Source: Takakia lepidozioides (Eukaryota; Plantae; Bryophyta). Taken from it: a DNA stretch of 64,000 nt. The notes below the pieces were generated by a model, which was not told the DNA's origin, made no database searches, and worked only from the letters and a program-made list of their open reading frames with translations. Below are positions 23,601-35,700 of this stretch, in pieces. The position numbers and the translations under genes were made by a program. The stretch spans positions 42,594,001 through 42,658,000 of the forward strand of contig CM060734.1 in the NCBI GenBank assembly GCA_030704615.1. The letters are read 5' to 3'. The first letter of the stretch is position 1. Every line of letters starts with the position of its first letter.

Positions 23601-26600
23601 CAGGCAGCGTTTCCCAGTAGCAATAATGTGAGGCATACTGTTCATGTATTGTCATTACTTTTGTTGTTGATCTCTCTCTCTCTGTGGACCTTAGAAGTTT
23701 GTTCCTTTCTTTTGATTCATACACAGTCTGGTCCACCTTTGTTTTACTAACATCCTTCACATTCTTCTCGCTCTTTACCGTTCCCATAGGCCATGTGGTC
23801 CCCTTGTGGACATAACAAATTTCCTTTCTTTTTTCTGTCGTCTCTCTGCACCAAAAGTTTGCTTCTCCTAATCATCATTTCACAGTTGTGGATATTGTTA
23901 TGAAGGAAAAATCTGTTCTTTATTGGTGCTGAAGGTTTTAATTGAACCATTGGGGTGTTTTTGCAGCACCTCTCTCCAGAAGCGAAGCATGTCTTAGGTG
24001 AGCGACATTTGCTTTCTGTCATGATCAACTCAAGGGGGAGTTTGTTTGGATATTTTCGTATACAGTATGATGCTCTAACTTCTCTAACTTGCCCCCCTTC
24101 TCTTCTCATTGTCACATTGGTTTAGCGTAGTTGTGGTTAAGTAACCTTGAAGAGGCCAGAGTTTGCCATATTTACCCATCACCAGTTTTTGACATGCAAC
24201 TGCATTGCACAATCTCTTAGATGAAATTCTGTGCTGTGTTCAGGTTATGGCAACTCTACGTTTGCTTCCCAACTAAGAGAAGTTCTTGCTCTGCAGACCT
24301 ATGGGTGATAGTCTATGTGATCTGTCTATTAGCAAAGCATTATGCAAATGAGCACATCTGTCTCTCCACAATGTAGGTTTGACTTAAAGTTTGGAAAAAT
24401 TTCTGTTGGAAGTTTCTTATAGCCTTTCGTTTCCCTAGCTTTTCACTGACACCATAGTGGGTGTCCTGGGACAGATTCGATGATGGAGCAGTACATAAAA
24501 CTCATGAATGAGGATGATGACAAAGATACGGTATCCCAAGTTTGCTCATGTCTAGTGGATGTTATCAAGCTTGTTGGCTATGAGGCAGCTGATAAGTGTG
24601 AGTCTTTGACTTCTTCCTGTGTTTCTCTGTTCTTACATTTTGTCCCATAAGCTCTATGAGCTTTCCGCTGACGTTATAAAGCACCATTCCATTCCATTCT
24701 GTTCCGGAAGTTAGCTTTTACAAGTAAAAGCTCACCTGACAATTTTAGGCAGGGTCTGCAGTATTGAAGTGATACCATCAGTGTTTAAGAAGGAAAACGA
24801 TGGCTGGAGTTGGGGTTAATCATGGTGACTTCTTGCTGCTGAAGCAGCAGTTGACAAGTTTTTGTACTTTGATAATGTGGAAAGTAAGCTTTTCTATCTA
24901 GATGCACATGTGCAGATTTCCCTCTGTTGTGTGAGGCCACATTGAAGCTGCTGCGCCAGGACGCAGTATGTCAACAGACGGATGACACAGACAGTGATGG
25001 TGAGGAAGATGACATAGAGCACGATGAGCTTCTGATAGATGCTGTCACAGACCTTCTGCCCGCCATGGGGGAATGCATGGGCCCGGCATTCGAGCCTCTC
25101 TTTCGTCAGTTCTACGAGCCACTGATGAAATTTGCGGTATTGACTTGCACCTTTCCTTCTTTTTTTTCTCCTCCTGATGAGTTCATTCTTGATGCTAAGA
25201 AGTTTTCATTTTTGTGGCTACAGAAACCGACACGCCCACCTAATGATCGCACAATGGCTGTAGCCTGTGTTGCTGAAGTGGCGAAGGAAATCGGCAATGC
25301 TATAAGCCCCTATGTCGAGGTATGCCCATACTATCTGCAGTAACCTCTCCCTGCAACTCTTAGTTTGCTCTATAATACTCTAGTTTGTTTGTTGGTCCAC
25401 AAAGAAATAATAGTTTCCCAGGGTTCATCACGGATGAAACTTTCTAGGGCTTCTCCCTCCTTGGCTAGTGAAGTAGCCTTGGCTTTCAAGTTGAATTGAC
25501 CCATTAAACTTGACACGGATATTTTTGTGTTCAAAGCTATTCTACTGTGTCATGAAATAATTATTTTTGTGATTATTTTTGTTTCTGTGATCACCCAGTG
25601 TAGATACTGGGATGGCACCTCTCAGATCGGGCTGGTTACTGCATTGTATAGATCGCTGTGTAATCAACAAACAGTGTTCATTTAAGGAAAATATGTTTGA
25701 TGTGCAGTCAGCAATGCCCATTGCAATCAAGGAGTTAGCATCGCCCCAACCTACAAACCGTCGGAATGCTGCTTACTGTGTGGGGGAACTCTGTAAAAAT
25801 GGTGGGGATAAAGCTCTGCAGTATCCCAACATCATAGTAGAAAGTACGGAGGTCGCTGAATGTCATTGACGGTGTGATGTGGAAGAGGTTGGAACACCTG
25901 ATTTGTGAGTATAGGCTAGACTTGGAGGAAAGATGCTTGTACGTTTCCAGAATTTTACTGATACCCCAGGGGTCCAGAACTCACAGCCATAGTCAGCAGC
26001 TGGACAGGGAGAGACAGAAATGAAGACAGATTTTTCTAACATTCAGGGTGCCCCTCTAGTCAAGCTACATCAAAAGACTACAACCTTCCCTTGGAGAAAG
26101 TGCCTCATGCAGATAAGCTGCTAAGGATCTCTGGTCTGTAGAGCTGAAACCCTCTGCCAAAGCTGGGGAGTTGTAGAGAGAGACAGACCAATAGAGGACG
26201 CTCATGTGCACTCCTGACATACATGGACATTCGAGTTACCGTAGCTGAAAGAACCCAGATAAGTGTTTTCTGGTGTTCCAACTTAATCTCCCAAAAATCA
26301 GGTATTACAGCAGTATATTGGTGGCATTGCACCCTCTATTTGGAGCTGGGGAGGTAGACAATGGGGTGAAAGATAATGCAGCAGGTGCAGTTGCTCGAAT
26401 GATTAGTGTACAGCCCCACGTGCTCCCATTGAATCAGGTACCCTCTCCAAGCTTTACACTTAGTAAAGTGCTGCTTCTACCTTAAGCAGCATTAATTTTA
26501 ACTGAAGGGTTTGGTTCATGCTTGATCATACCAGTGCTTCAACTGTCTGTACTCATCACGTCTGAAATTCAGTTGAGCTGAATATGCTAGATGAGTGACT

Positions 26601-27239
26601 GATAAATTCTTGAAGGTGATCACAGGTCTTCATGGGAGAAGATGGCCTGGCGACAGTTTACTAGGAAATGACTAGATTATGGGTTTGGCTTACTTTGGAC
26701 TCTTTGCAGGTCCTACCAGTTTTCATCTCTGCTTTACCGCTGAAGGAAGACCTTGACGAGTCAGAGACAGTTTATGGCTGCTTATGCAGCCTCATCTTGG
26801 CATCCCATCCTGAGGTATACTGGTAGCCTTTGCCTGTGTCCTTGATCTTTTGGATGAAATCATTCAGTACCTCAACTGCAATAGTACCATTCACACACAA
26901 AAGCTTCAATTTTGTGCCCTTATTCCTCAGCCTTGTCCTGTATTTGCAAGTGTCTTGTGGGGGGATTGCTGACTTAATCAAAAGCAGAATTTAAATATGC
27001 TTGTGCCTCTTGACTATCTCTTTTTTTTTTTGTTACAGATCATTCCTCTTGTACCCCAACTGGTGCCTGTATTTGCTCAAGTCGCTGAGTCAAAAGAAGT
27101 GACCGACGAGGTGAAAAACGGCATAGGGAGAGCAATGATGCAGTTGTGTGCACAATACAGGGATCAGATGCAGTCCCTTCTAAGCAGCCTGCCTCCCGAT
27201 GAGGCTAGTGCCTTGGGCTCTGTAATGAACCATAGTTAA
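14653..27239 (+). CDS. IPO4: Importin-4 / Kap123-like karyopherin beta (HEAT repeats), about 20 exons
   Basis: IBN_N-like start MEQLEVLLMQFLLPENDARKQAEE..VRQLAGVLLRKKITGHW, plus RDAAVMALGVISEGC, VRTGVLDEKAAATQALG, NRRNAAYCVGELC, VKDNAAGAVARMI and PLKEDLDE in frame-consistent exons; TAA at 27237-27239. Confidence 0.92.
15381..15616. repeat. Diverged ~124-bp tandem duplication in importin intron 1, each unit ending in AAACCCTAA
   Basis: CAAGAATCTCAAA...TCTCTCAGGGGTAGA.GTTTAGGTCATAAACCCTAA occurs twice. Confidence 0.8.
16665..17092. repeat. Dispersed repeat / MITE-like element with ~28-bp inverted ends; related copy at 46085-46163
   Basis: CTTGTGGCCATCGACCCTGCGCCCAGTT versus the reverse complement of GACTAGGTGTGGGGTCGATGGTCACAAG. 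The left ~75 bp recurs inverted at 46085-46163. Confidence 0.55.
18194..18689. mobile_element. Tourist/PIF-Harbinger-like MITE in an importin intron
   Basis: TIRs TGGTCTATTCGCACA and TGTGCGAGTAGGCCA; TAA TSD on both sides; subterminal inverted GTTAGGTGACAT/ATGTCACCTAAC; AT-rich interior. Confidence 0.8.
22441..23089 (+). other. U12-type GT-AG intron in importin-4
   Basis: 5' site GTATCATTT; branch TTCTTAAC ending 9 nt before the 3' splice junction with no pyrimidine tract; splice gives FMP/YLEETLK. Confidence 0.75.
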
Positions 27240-27823
27240 GTCTGGTATGAAAAGAATGACCAGTTTTATAATAGTCACCCCTGTATTTGGATAGGATTCT
27301 TACTCAATATTCACCTAGCATCAATTTTTTCAAAGTGTAGTATCTTATTCTTCCTCATTATGAACATGTCTTCTCAGATCTGTCTGATCTTGACCTGTTG
27401 GCTCCCATAAGTAGGTAGTATTCCTTGTTCCTCTCACAGGAAGGGGGTAATACTGTAGGTATGACATGAAGCAAATTGGCGCATTAAAGCTACGTGATCC
27501 AGCTGAAAGGTATGGATCAGGCTGAGAAGCGAGTCAAATAACAACAAATTGGTGTTAAGTTTGCTCTACAGGAACGATGAACCAGTGCAATCACCAATCC
27601 CACCCGCCCTTCTCCATCATACCATCTGGATTGTCTGCAGACTTATCATCAAATGCCATTTCCATTGTCTGCGCATTGTCGTCAAATGCCATTTCCACCG
27701 TGTCCTGATTGCACCATCCGATTTCTGCAGATCCTCTGTGGTACACCAAGAGCATAGAAGCTTGGTAACAATGCAAAACAAACATGAAATGAGGTATATT
27801 GTATCTTGACTCCAGCAAACTCT

Positions 27824-27951
27824 AAACCCTAAACTTCCTACACATATGCAGTCAGCATCTTATTAGTAGGATTTGCTGACGCGGTCTCAATGCCATGTTC
27901 ACAGCGAGGATCTGTGAGCAAAGAGGCAATATGTAAACTAGGGTTTAGGGT
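27824..27951. promoter_or_regulatory. Telo-box motifs upstream of the oxidoreductase gene
   Basis: AAACCCTAA at 27824 and TAGGGTTTAGGGT at 27939. Confidence 0.35.
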
Positions 27952-28145
27952 ATCTTGCTGGCCATCGATAAGGGATTGAGAAGCTGGCTCCCATGAGCAG
28001 GATTCCATCTGATGATCGTCGGTACTAGTGATTGCTATGCCAATTCCGTTTCTTCAGATGCTCGCTGTGCTCTGCCGTCATCTCATTCACATTATCAGTA
28101 GCTTGGCTTGAAAATCGTTTACAGATTACTCTCCGTCATCAGGCT

Positions 28146-31100
28146 ATGAATGCAACCTTCAGCATCTGTGATTTTGGAAAACTCGTGGCCTTTGGGAAAG
28201 TTCTGTCTGCTGACGGGTTACAAATGAAGATGGCGGGTGGGAATGCCCACGTAGTTCTATCCCCTTCAAAAGCAAGACCTGCAAACCATATGTGTAGGGC
28301 AGGTGGCAACTCGAAACCGTCACGATCGCGGGCATTCCAGAGGAGCGGTATAGAAGGAGGGTTTCTGGAGTTCGATGTTGTTGTAGTTGGGGCTGGAATT
28401 ATTGGCTTGGCCATCGCTAATCGCATTCTGACAGATACGAAGTTGTCAGTGGCCATTGTTGATGCTGCGCAGCCTGGTGCTGCGACTGGGGCTGGTAATA
28501 ATAATGTCTTTTTTTGTTTCCATCTCTAGAACCTGTGCCTCTCCTCACAATTGCTCATGTGGTTTCTCAAGGATGATCGGTATGCCAAGAAAATTTAATC
28601 GTCCAAGTGTGAGCGTATGAAGTTGTGCTCGTTTGCTACCATCCAAGATTCCCGTCCTGTCCTTGGCCGTCTCTCACATGGGGATTCTGCAGAATTCTAG
28701 CAAGAAAATAGGATTAACAAATAGGCATAAACCTCAAGCAATATCTGTACATTGAAAATCTGGACGACCAAAAAGGAGAAAAGTATGCCCCGGGACCATT
28801 GGAATGAAGCGGGTTGCTTTAAGTGGGATTCTGCGATTGTTTCTTACACTACAGTCAAATGGTGGTGGTATTCAAAACCAAGATGATTTAACTTAACACC
28901 ACTGTTGGAATGACCACCATTTGTGACCACTAGATGTCAAAGAAGGTAGGTCCAAGTTCCACGTTTGGTTTAGGCCTTAAGGTGTATCTTGGAGTTCAAT
29001 TTTTTGTTAATTCGAAAGTCTTGGGTGAGATGGAAGGTGTCTGTGTACGCTAGTTGATAGCTGATATGCAGAAATGGCCTAGTTACAGTTTTACTAGGAG
29101 GTATTAGTGCAATTGTGTTATTGGATTGCCAATGGTTTCAAAGGTGTAGGCTTTGGAAATATAGTCGTAGCAACCACCTTGTCAGCAAAAAAGAGAGAAA
29201 TAATGAAGGGGGAAACTACTCTGATGCCTTTGATTGTCAATGGGATGGTCTATGCAAAATGTGTGGGGAAAACGAAGGGCAGGGATACATATGGATGGGA
29301 CACCAGCAGCCAGGCAGCTGGGGATGGGCTCTTGCTAGCCGCAGCAAGCATCTGTGGGAACAACTTGTTACTGGCCTCCGCTTATCGGGAACAGATCCTT
29401 TCACTGCAATTGGCTGGCAAAATACTGGTGGGCTACTATTTGGATCCGTCCAATTGAGTAAGAGTAGATTGGAGTGGTCGGTAGTTGACTGCATCTTTAG
29501 ACCATTGCATCCACATCAGCAAGGTTTCATACACTTAACTCTTTCAGGGCTTCTACGACGTTAAGTCTCGTCTTGATTGCGTACAGTGTGCTAGGAAGCC
29601 TTCTCCTCATTGCTATCAAATTTTGGGAAGATTAATTTTTCAATGCTGAGTGAGGTATCATCCTTTGAGTTCTGTCTGTGAACCTGCCAAAATAAACAAT
29701 TGAATCTTTGACGTTCTCTTACTGCCCTGCTCCTTAGGACCAAGTGTCATATACTTGAACTTCCACCATTTTGCTCAGAGGGGGATATGCTTGGAAGTGT
29801 TCTGTCTTCGCTTATTGGAATCTCTTGAAAGGGCTCCTGGGTTAGATAGTGTTGGTGGTGTACTCAGATGGACATGAAAGCATACCCATTATTCCTTCTC
29901 TCCAGGAACTCCCTTAAATTCTTTCTGTGATATATATTTTCTACTATGTCTTTTGTGACTACTTTGCCATGTGAACTGGCTTGTTACAATGTCCTTGCTC
30001 AGGAGCGCCCCTTCATATTTAGTGTATTTTAAGTGTAAGCTGTAAGTTCAAGCATTAGTGCACTATTTGGACTTTGTAAAGACATCCTGTCACATATTTT
30101 ATGAGACTGAACAAAATTACACTGTTAAGCTGTCTGCTTTTTAGAAAGTGAGACCTCACTATTATGGTTGATCTGTTATGGTGTATGCTAGGGAGCATGC
30201 TGGTGGCGTGTTCACCAGAGGAAGCCCAGGGGCTACAGATACGAGTGGAAAAGCTTAATGCTGCTGGGGTGGATGCTGAGTATCTATCTGCGTCGGCCAT
30301 TCACATGGCTGAGCCCGCGCTTGCTGTGGGAGATGAGGGAGGAGCTGTTTGTGTGTTTGGAGATAGCCAGATTGATGCTGCATTGGCTGTGGCTTTACTG
30401 CGGCAGGTGATTCCCATGGTGTTTGTCAGCAACTGGTTAGGTGCATAGACAATGTGCATGACCATCCCAATTGGATACCACTGACAGTGGGGAACGGCCA
30501 TAGCTCTTCACAGCCAAACACATCTCATTTGAGAATATCAGTGGCTACTCCTCCTTGGCCACTCTGAGGCAAACAACTGAGGGGGTCGCAGCACAATGGC
30601 TGCCAGGGCAATTATAAGTGACCAGAAGCTTAATAGAAGACACCGATATTTCTAGTTGTTTATCAAAAGCCTGTCTGTACAAATCTGCAAAAATTGGCTG
30701 GCCTGTGCATATTCTAGCCTCTTAGAACTATGCCTGATTGTTTTCCAAGCAATTTGTCTGGTTTTATCTGCACAAATGTAGGCTGAATGACAGCTTTTGT
30801 TGCAGAGAAACAGTGCTTATAGTATGCCAGGCCGGTTCAAGGAACTTTTCCAGGATCCTGTCCTACAAATTTTATGGTGAGTGTTTTCTTTTGTCAGGGA
30901 CTTAGTATGGATTGTAAACCAAACCCTCCTCAACTGTTTCATGAACGATCAGAGACAAAAGTGGATGCTTTGGAACAGCTAGATTGCAGGAAAATGCAAG
31001 GTGTCATGCCCATCTGCAGAAATTCCCTGCTGATGCCCTGACCAATGTTGTCCCAGTGTGATGCCAAAGATTTGGCATGGCTTCTGGTCAAATATCAGTA

Positions 31101-32757
31101 GCCTTTCTTTCTGAGTTCAGGTTGGATTGTGGTGCTGTGGAACTTGCTTGGTCCTTGGTTACCTTAGGAAGTTGCCTTTGTGGGTTCTGAAGTATTCTTC
31201 CTTGCCACATTTTGGGTTGATGTTGTGTGAAGGTCACCTTTGGATGGCCGGATATCAGTGGTCCAGACTTCTAGGCATAGCATTTATTGCGGAGAAGCAG
31301 TAATTATAGCTGCTGGTGCTTGGAGTGCAAGCCTAATGTCAACTCTGTTTGAGGATTCAGAAATCCCATATATTCCACCTGTCAGGCCTCGTAAGGTGCA
31401 CAGACAATCTCCCTCTTTTTGGTCGCAAATGATTGTCTGCACCAAGAAGACATGGAAACGGAAACCTTCCTTGATGTGGGCATGGTGATGAGTTGATGCT
31501 GTTGTGTGGTTAAGGTGAAGCTGAGCTCTCTTGACAAACTATATTTTTTGCACAATATAGCCAGCTTCTGCCTGTATGATACTGAGACTTCTGTGGACTT
31601 CAATAGAGGCCAACCAGTGGTGCCTTGAGGTATGCAGCAAGAAGAGGATAAATTCTTATGTATAGTTATTCTTGGATTGGTTTTGCATTCACAAGCCTCA
31701 CTTGTTAAAGTTTCTCACATACAGTGAACAAGAAACCACAGGGTTGACTGACTAATAGTTTATATTAATGACTGACTGACTGACTGACTAATAATGACTG
31801 ACTTACATTAACCTTGTATTTGCTTTTGGCCCCTGCTATGTTCCCCTCTGATTGTCACAGGTTACATATGTGGCTCTGGTTGCACTGCCAATCACACCAC
31901 AGGGAATGACATCTGGTACAATTGTTGGTGATGTCACCATGGACCTCTTTGCCCTTTTCCAGGGCTGCCAGGCTCGCATACACATTGCAAACGCAAACAA
32001 AGGTGACCCAGTTGGGCGTCACCCTTTACCGCATCATTTGCTCACAGGTGTCCAAAGCCGCCATCATGCTGGGCATATCCTGCAATCATCGGTTTCCAGC
32101 ACACCAAATCTCTTTCAGCCTTATTGCCTTTGCATCTTCGATGCGGCTGAATGGGTCCACGAGGGCAGTGTTCAGAATGACATCTGGTACAATTTACTTT
32201 ATGATTGTACCATGGACCTGTTTCCCCTTTTCCAAGGCTGCCAGGTTTGCACATGCATTGCAAACGCAAGCAAACGTGACCTGGTTGGGCTTTACCCCTT
32301 CCTGTAGCATTTGTTCATTTGTCTCCAAGGCATTCTTACCACCCATGCTTGGTAAATGCTGCCATCATTATATTCCATGTGATCAAAATCCGTTCTGGCA
32401 TTTTGTTGAACATGAATCCGCTTTCGATAAGGTGAGGGTACACCTGCTTTCCCACATTTGATCTTGATGCACTTCTGCAAAAGACAGACAGAAGTATCTG
32501 AATCTCCTGAAATGCTCCTTGGTTCAAAATTTGTGGAGCCTATTTCAGTTGCCCTACCTCATAGCTTCGCGCCACTGGCTTTCAACCAAGTGCAATGACC
32601 AGTTATGTGAATCAACGGTTCCTCTCGTATTAAGTTGGATTACTATGGCGGCGGCATGGTGCATCAGTAGGGTAAAAGTAATCTATCTCACGACGGTCTA
32701 AACCCAGCTCACGTTGCCTATTGGTGGGTGAACATTCCAACACTGAATGCTGCTTCC

Positions 32758-32790
<33 letters not shown>

Positions 32791-35700
32791 GAAGCAACGG
32801 CACTATGAACGCTTGATGCCACGAGCCAGTTATCGCTATGGTAACTTTTCTGACACCTCTAGCTTCAAGTCTGAAAAACTAAAGGATTCAATAGGCCAAG
32901 CTTTCACAGTTTGTATTTGTACTGATATTCAGAATCAAATGAGCTTTTTTTGCACATCAGAGCTCTGTTTTGGTTGAGCTCATCGATCACCTGCGTTATC
33001 TTTTAACAGATGTGCCACCCCAGCCAACTCCCCACCTGACAATGGCTTCCACCTGGATCGGCATGCCTTGGCTCGCCTTAAGACCAGAAGCAGGGACAAA
33101 GCCCCACCTCCACCTCATGTTAGAAGTAAAATAATGACAAGTAGTATTTAACTTGCGCCAGAGGTTCCCACTTATTCTACACCTATTAAGTCATTTCACA
33201 AAGTCAGACTAGAGTCAAAGCTCAACAGGCTCTTCTTTCACTGCTGATTCTTCCAAGCCCGTTACTAAGATGATGATGCGTTTGGCTACCCAAAGAGAGT
33301 CATAGTTACTCCCGCTGTTTCCTGCGCTTGGTTGAATTTCCTTACTCTGACATTCAGAGCACTGAAGTGTTGCGTTAACATCCATCGGGACCATCGCAAT
33401 GCTTTGTTTCATTTAAACAGTCGGAATCCCCTTGTCCGTACCAGTTCTGAGTTGGCTGTTCACTACCTAGGGAGAACCCCCCACAAGAGGGGACGTTCTA
33501 CTCGGCCCGCAGTGGTCCGCCTTCGCCACACAAGCAGCTTGGGCAGACTGCCGACAGCCTAAAGGGTCAAGCCGCAGACCCTAGGCCCAGCCCTCAGAGC
33601 CAATCCTTTTCCCGAAGTTACGGAATCTGTTTTGCTGACTTCCCTTACCTACATTGTTCGACCTGACACCACCAGATGTGCGGTGATTTACCAGCCACTG
33701 GACCGTATCTCTGGGTGCCAGAAGTGGTCTTGTGGACCCTCAGCTCCTCTTTCGGAAGCTGTGGTCATGGTGGGGGTGCCTGATTTTATCAGCTGTGCCA
33801 CTTGACCACCTATCCATGCAGGTTTCTTTAAGCTGTCAACCTTCAGGGATTGTAGGTACTCTTGTGCTTGAAATTTTACGAAACTGGATGCACACTCCAT
33901 CCATGCCTCAGCAGCAGTAATGGATAGATCTTGCCCTCGCTGCTAGCAGCTGACAATGACAGCCTAAATTTGTTCTAGCTAACAGCCTAACCCTACTCAT
34001 CTCCTATGCTGAATTGCTCCCAAGACTTTGAAAGACTTTTGGGGAGAGAGAGAGAGTGACAATTTGCAAGAGCTTTGCGATGCATCTTATTGTCTGCTTC
34101 TATCTGTGACTTAACAGACATTGGCCTTTTCGCCTCATTGTCTCACCATTGACCGGGGTCCGAGAAATATTCCTTCCAAAGCTTCTCCTCATCTCTGTTT
34201 CCTGTTTGTGGATACTTGCGTATTGCCACATTGGCAGCAACATGAACCACGCCAAACCACCATAGATCCACCCAACAAGCTAACTTGCAGAATTCAACTT
34301 CAAAGTTTTAGGGGCAATTCTGATAAGAGGAAAAACAGGCCGAAATGTGTTGAAGAAGGTACCCTCTCCATGTTGTCCTTGACCTTGTGGATGAAAGCAG
34401 TGAGATTTTCTTTCGCCCAAGGAGTCAACCAACCATTAACCGAAAGGACCTGTTCTGTGCGCAGCTTGTGTGTGCAGTCAGGTAACCTGGATTGGTCTGT
34501 GAGAATCACCATGGTGCAACTGAGCAGCCGTAGATATAAACATGGCCTGCTGACCCTCCGAAGTACCTTGTAAACACAAGGAAAAAGATCAAATCGTGAT
34601 ACTGACAGGAAGAGCCCACTTTTGCAGAACAGACAAACTTCTTCACATTGTACATGAAAAGCCAGACCTTGCCATTGTGGTTGTCCACCATTATGAAGGA
34701 TCTCTTAAGAAATTCATGCCAGTGTTGCTCCACGGTAGACCTCCGTGCCCAAAACTTCGATAACATGAACACTTTGACAGGTACTAGGGGGAGTGCTAGT
34801 GTACCTTTCAACCACATTCATGCAAGCTGTGACTTGTCATTACTGCTATTACCCCACTATGACGTGTCACCACTGTAATTGGAATGTTACTATGAGTAGA
34901 CTCCATTACATGATGAGGAACATGTCCAGACTTACACAGATGCTTAACAAGCTTGTGCGTGCATGACAAGGCTGCCCCTCTAATCAGGTCACTGTGAGTC
35001 ATACTCACTTTCATCTGCAAGTTTCAAGGGAGCTCCACCATCCACACCAGAAACAGAAACTCTGCTATCTTTCCACCATCACCAGACTGTTCTCGATCTT
35101 GTGGCATGGTACTTAGTTTTCCTTTCACCCAAGGAACCCTCAATCCATAAGACCTCTGGTGTGTGCTGATTATGTCTATAGTCTGGAGATTTGGATCAAC
35201 ATCACAGATTACTTTTTGCCTTGAAGAGCAAGATCAGCAACTCTTTGGATTCCAGGGAATTGACCATTGTATACATATATTTATGTTTCAATTGACCATG
35301 TCAGGGGCATTTGCTTGTGCTGGAGGGTTTTCCTCATTTGAAGCTCAAACACGGACTGATGGAATTCGAATACATGGCCAAGCGTAGTACAGTGCTGGGT
35401 TTACACTCCTCACGGCCTGTAGATGGTGAGTCATCATGCCAGCCAGATCTGGAGTCAGCATCATCATCAACATCAGATATGGCATTTGGAGTTGCAATGA
35501 CGGCCACTATGGACCCATTAGGACGTCTTCTGTTGGGTATGTGGCTTTTGCACTACACAGTGCACTGGAAATCAAACTACGTTGAAAAGTTCCCTTTCTT
35601 GCTCCCTCTCAGGTTCTTATTGCATGCTTGGGCGAGCACTGGCAAAATGAAAGGACTCCAGCTATGTTTCCTCAGTGGTTTTGGCAGCACTTGCAGTTTC

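Noticed and set aside
27549-27818. Small ORFs with a 33-bp internal duplication
   Set aside because: Intergenic, with no splice or motif support; a trivial local duplication.
32560-33660. Functional rRNA gene
   Set aside because: Partial, intronic, with indels in universally conserved helices and no 18S/5.8S nearby.
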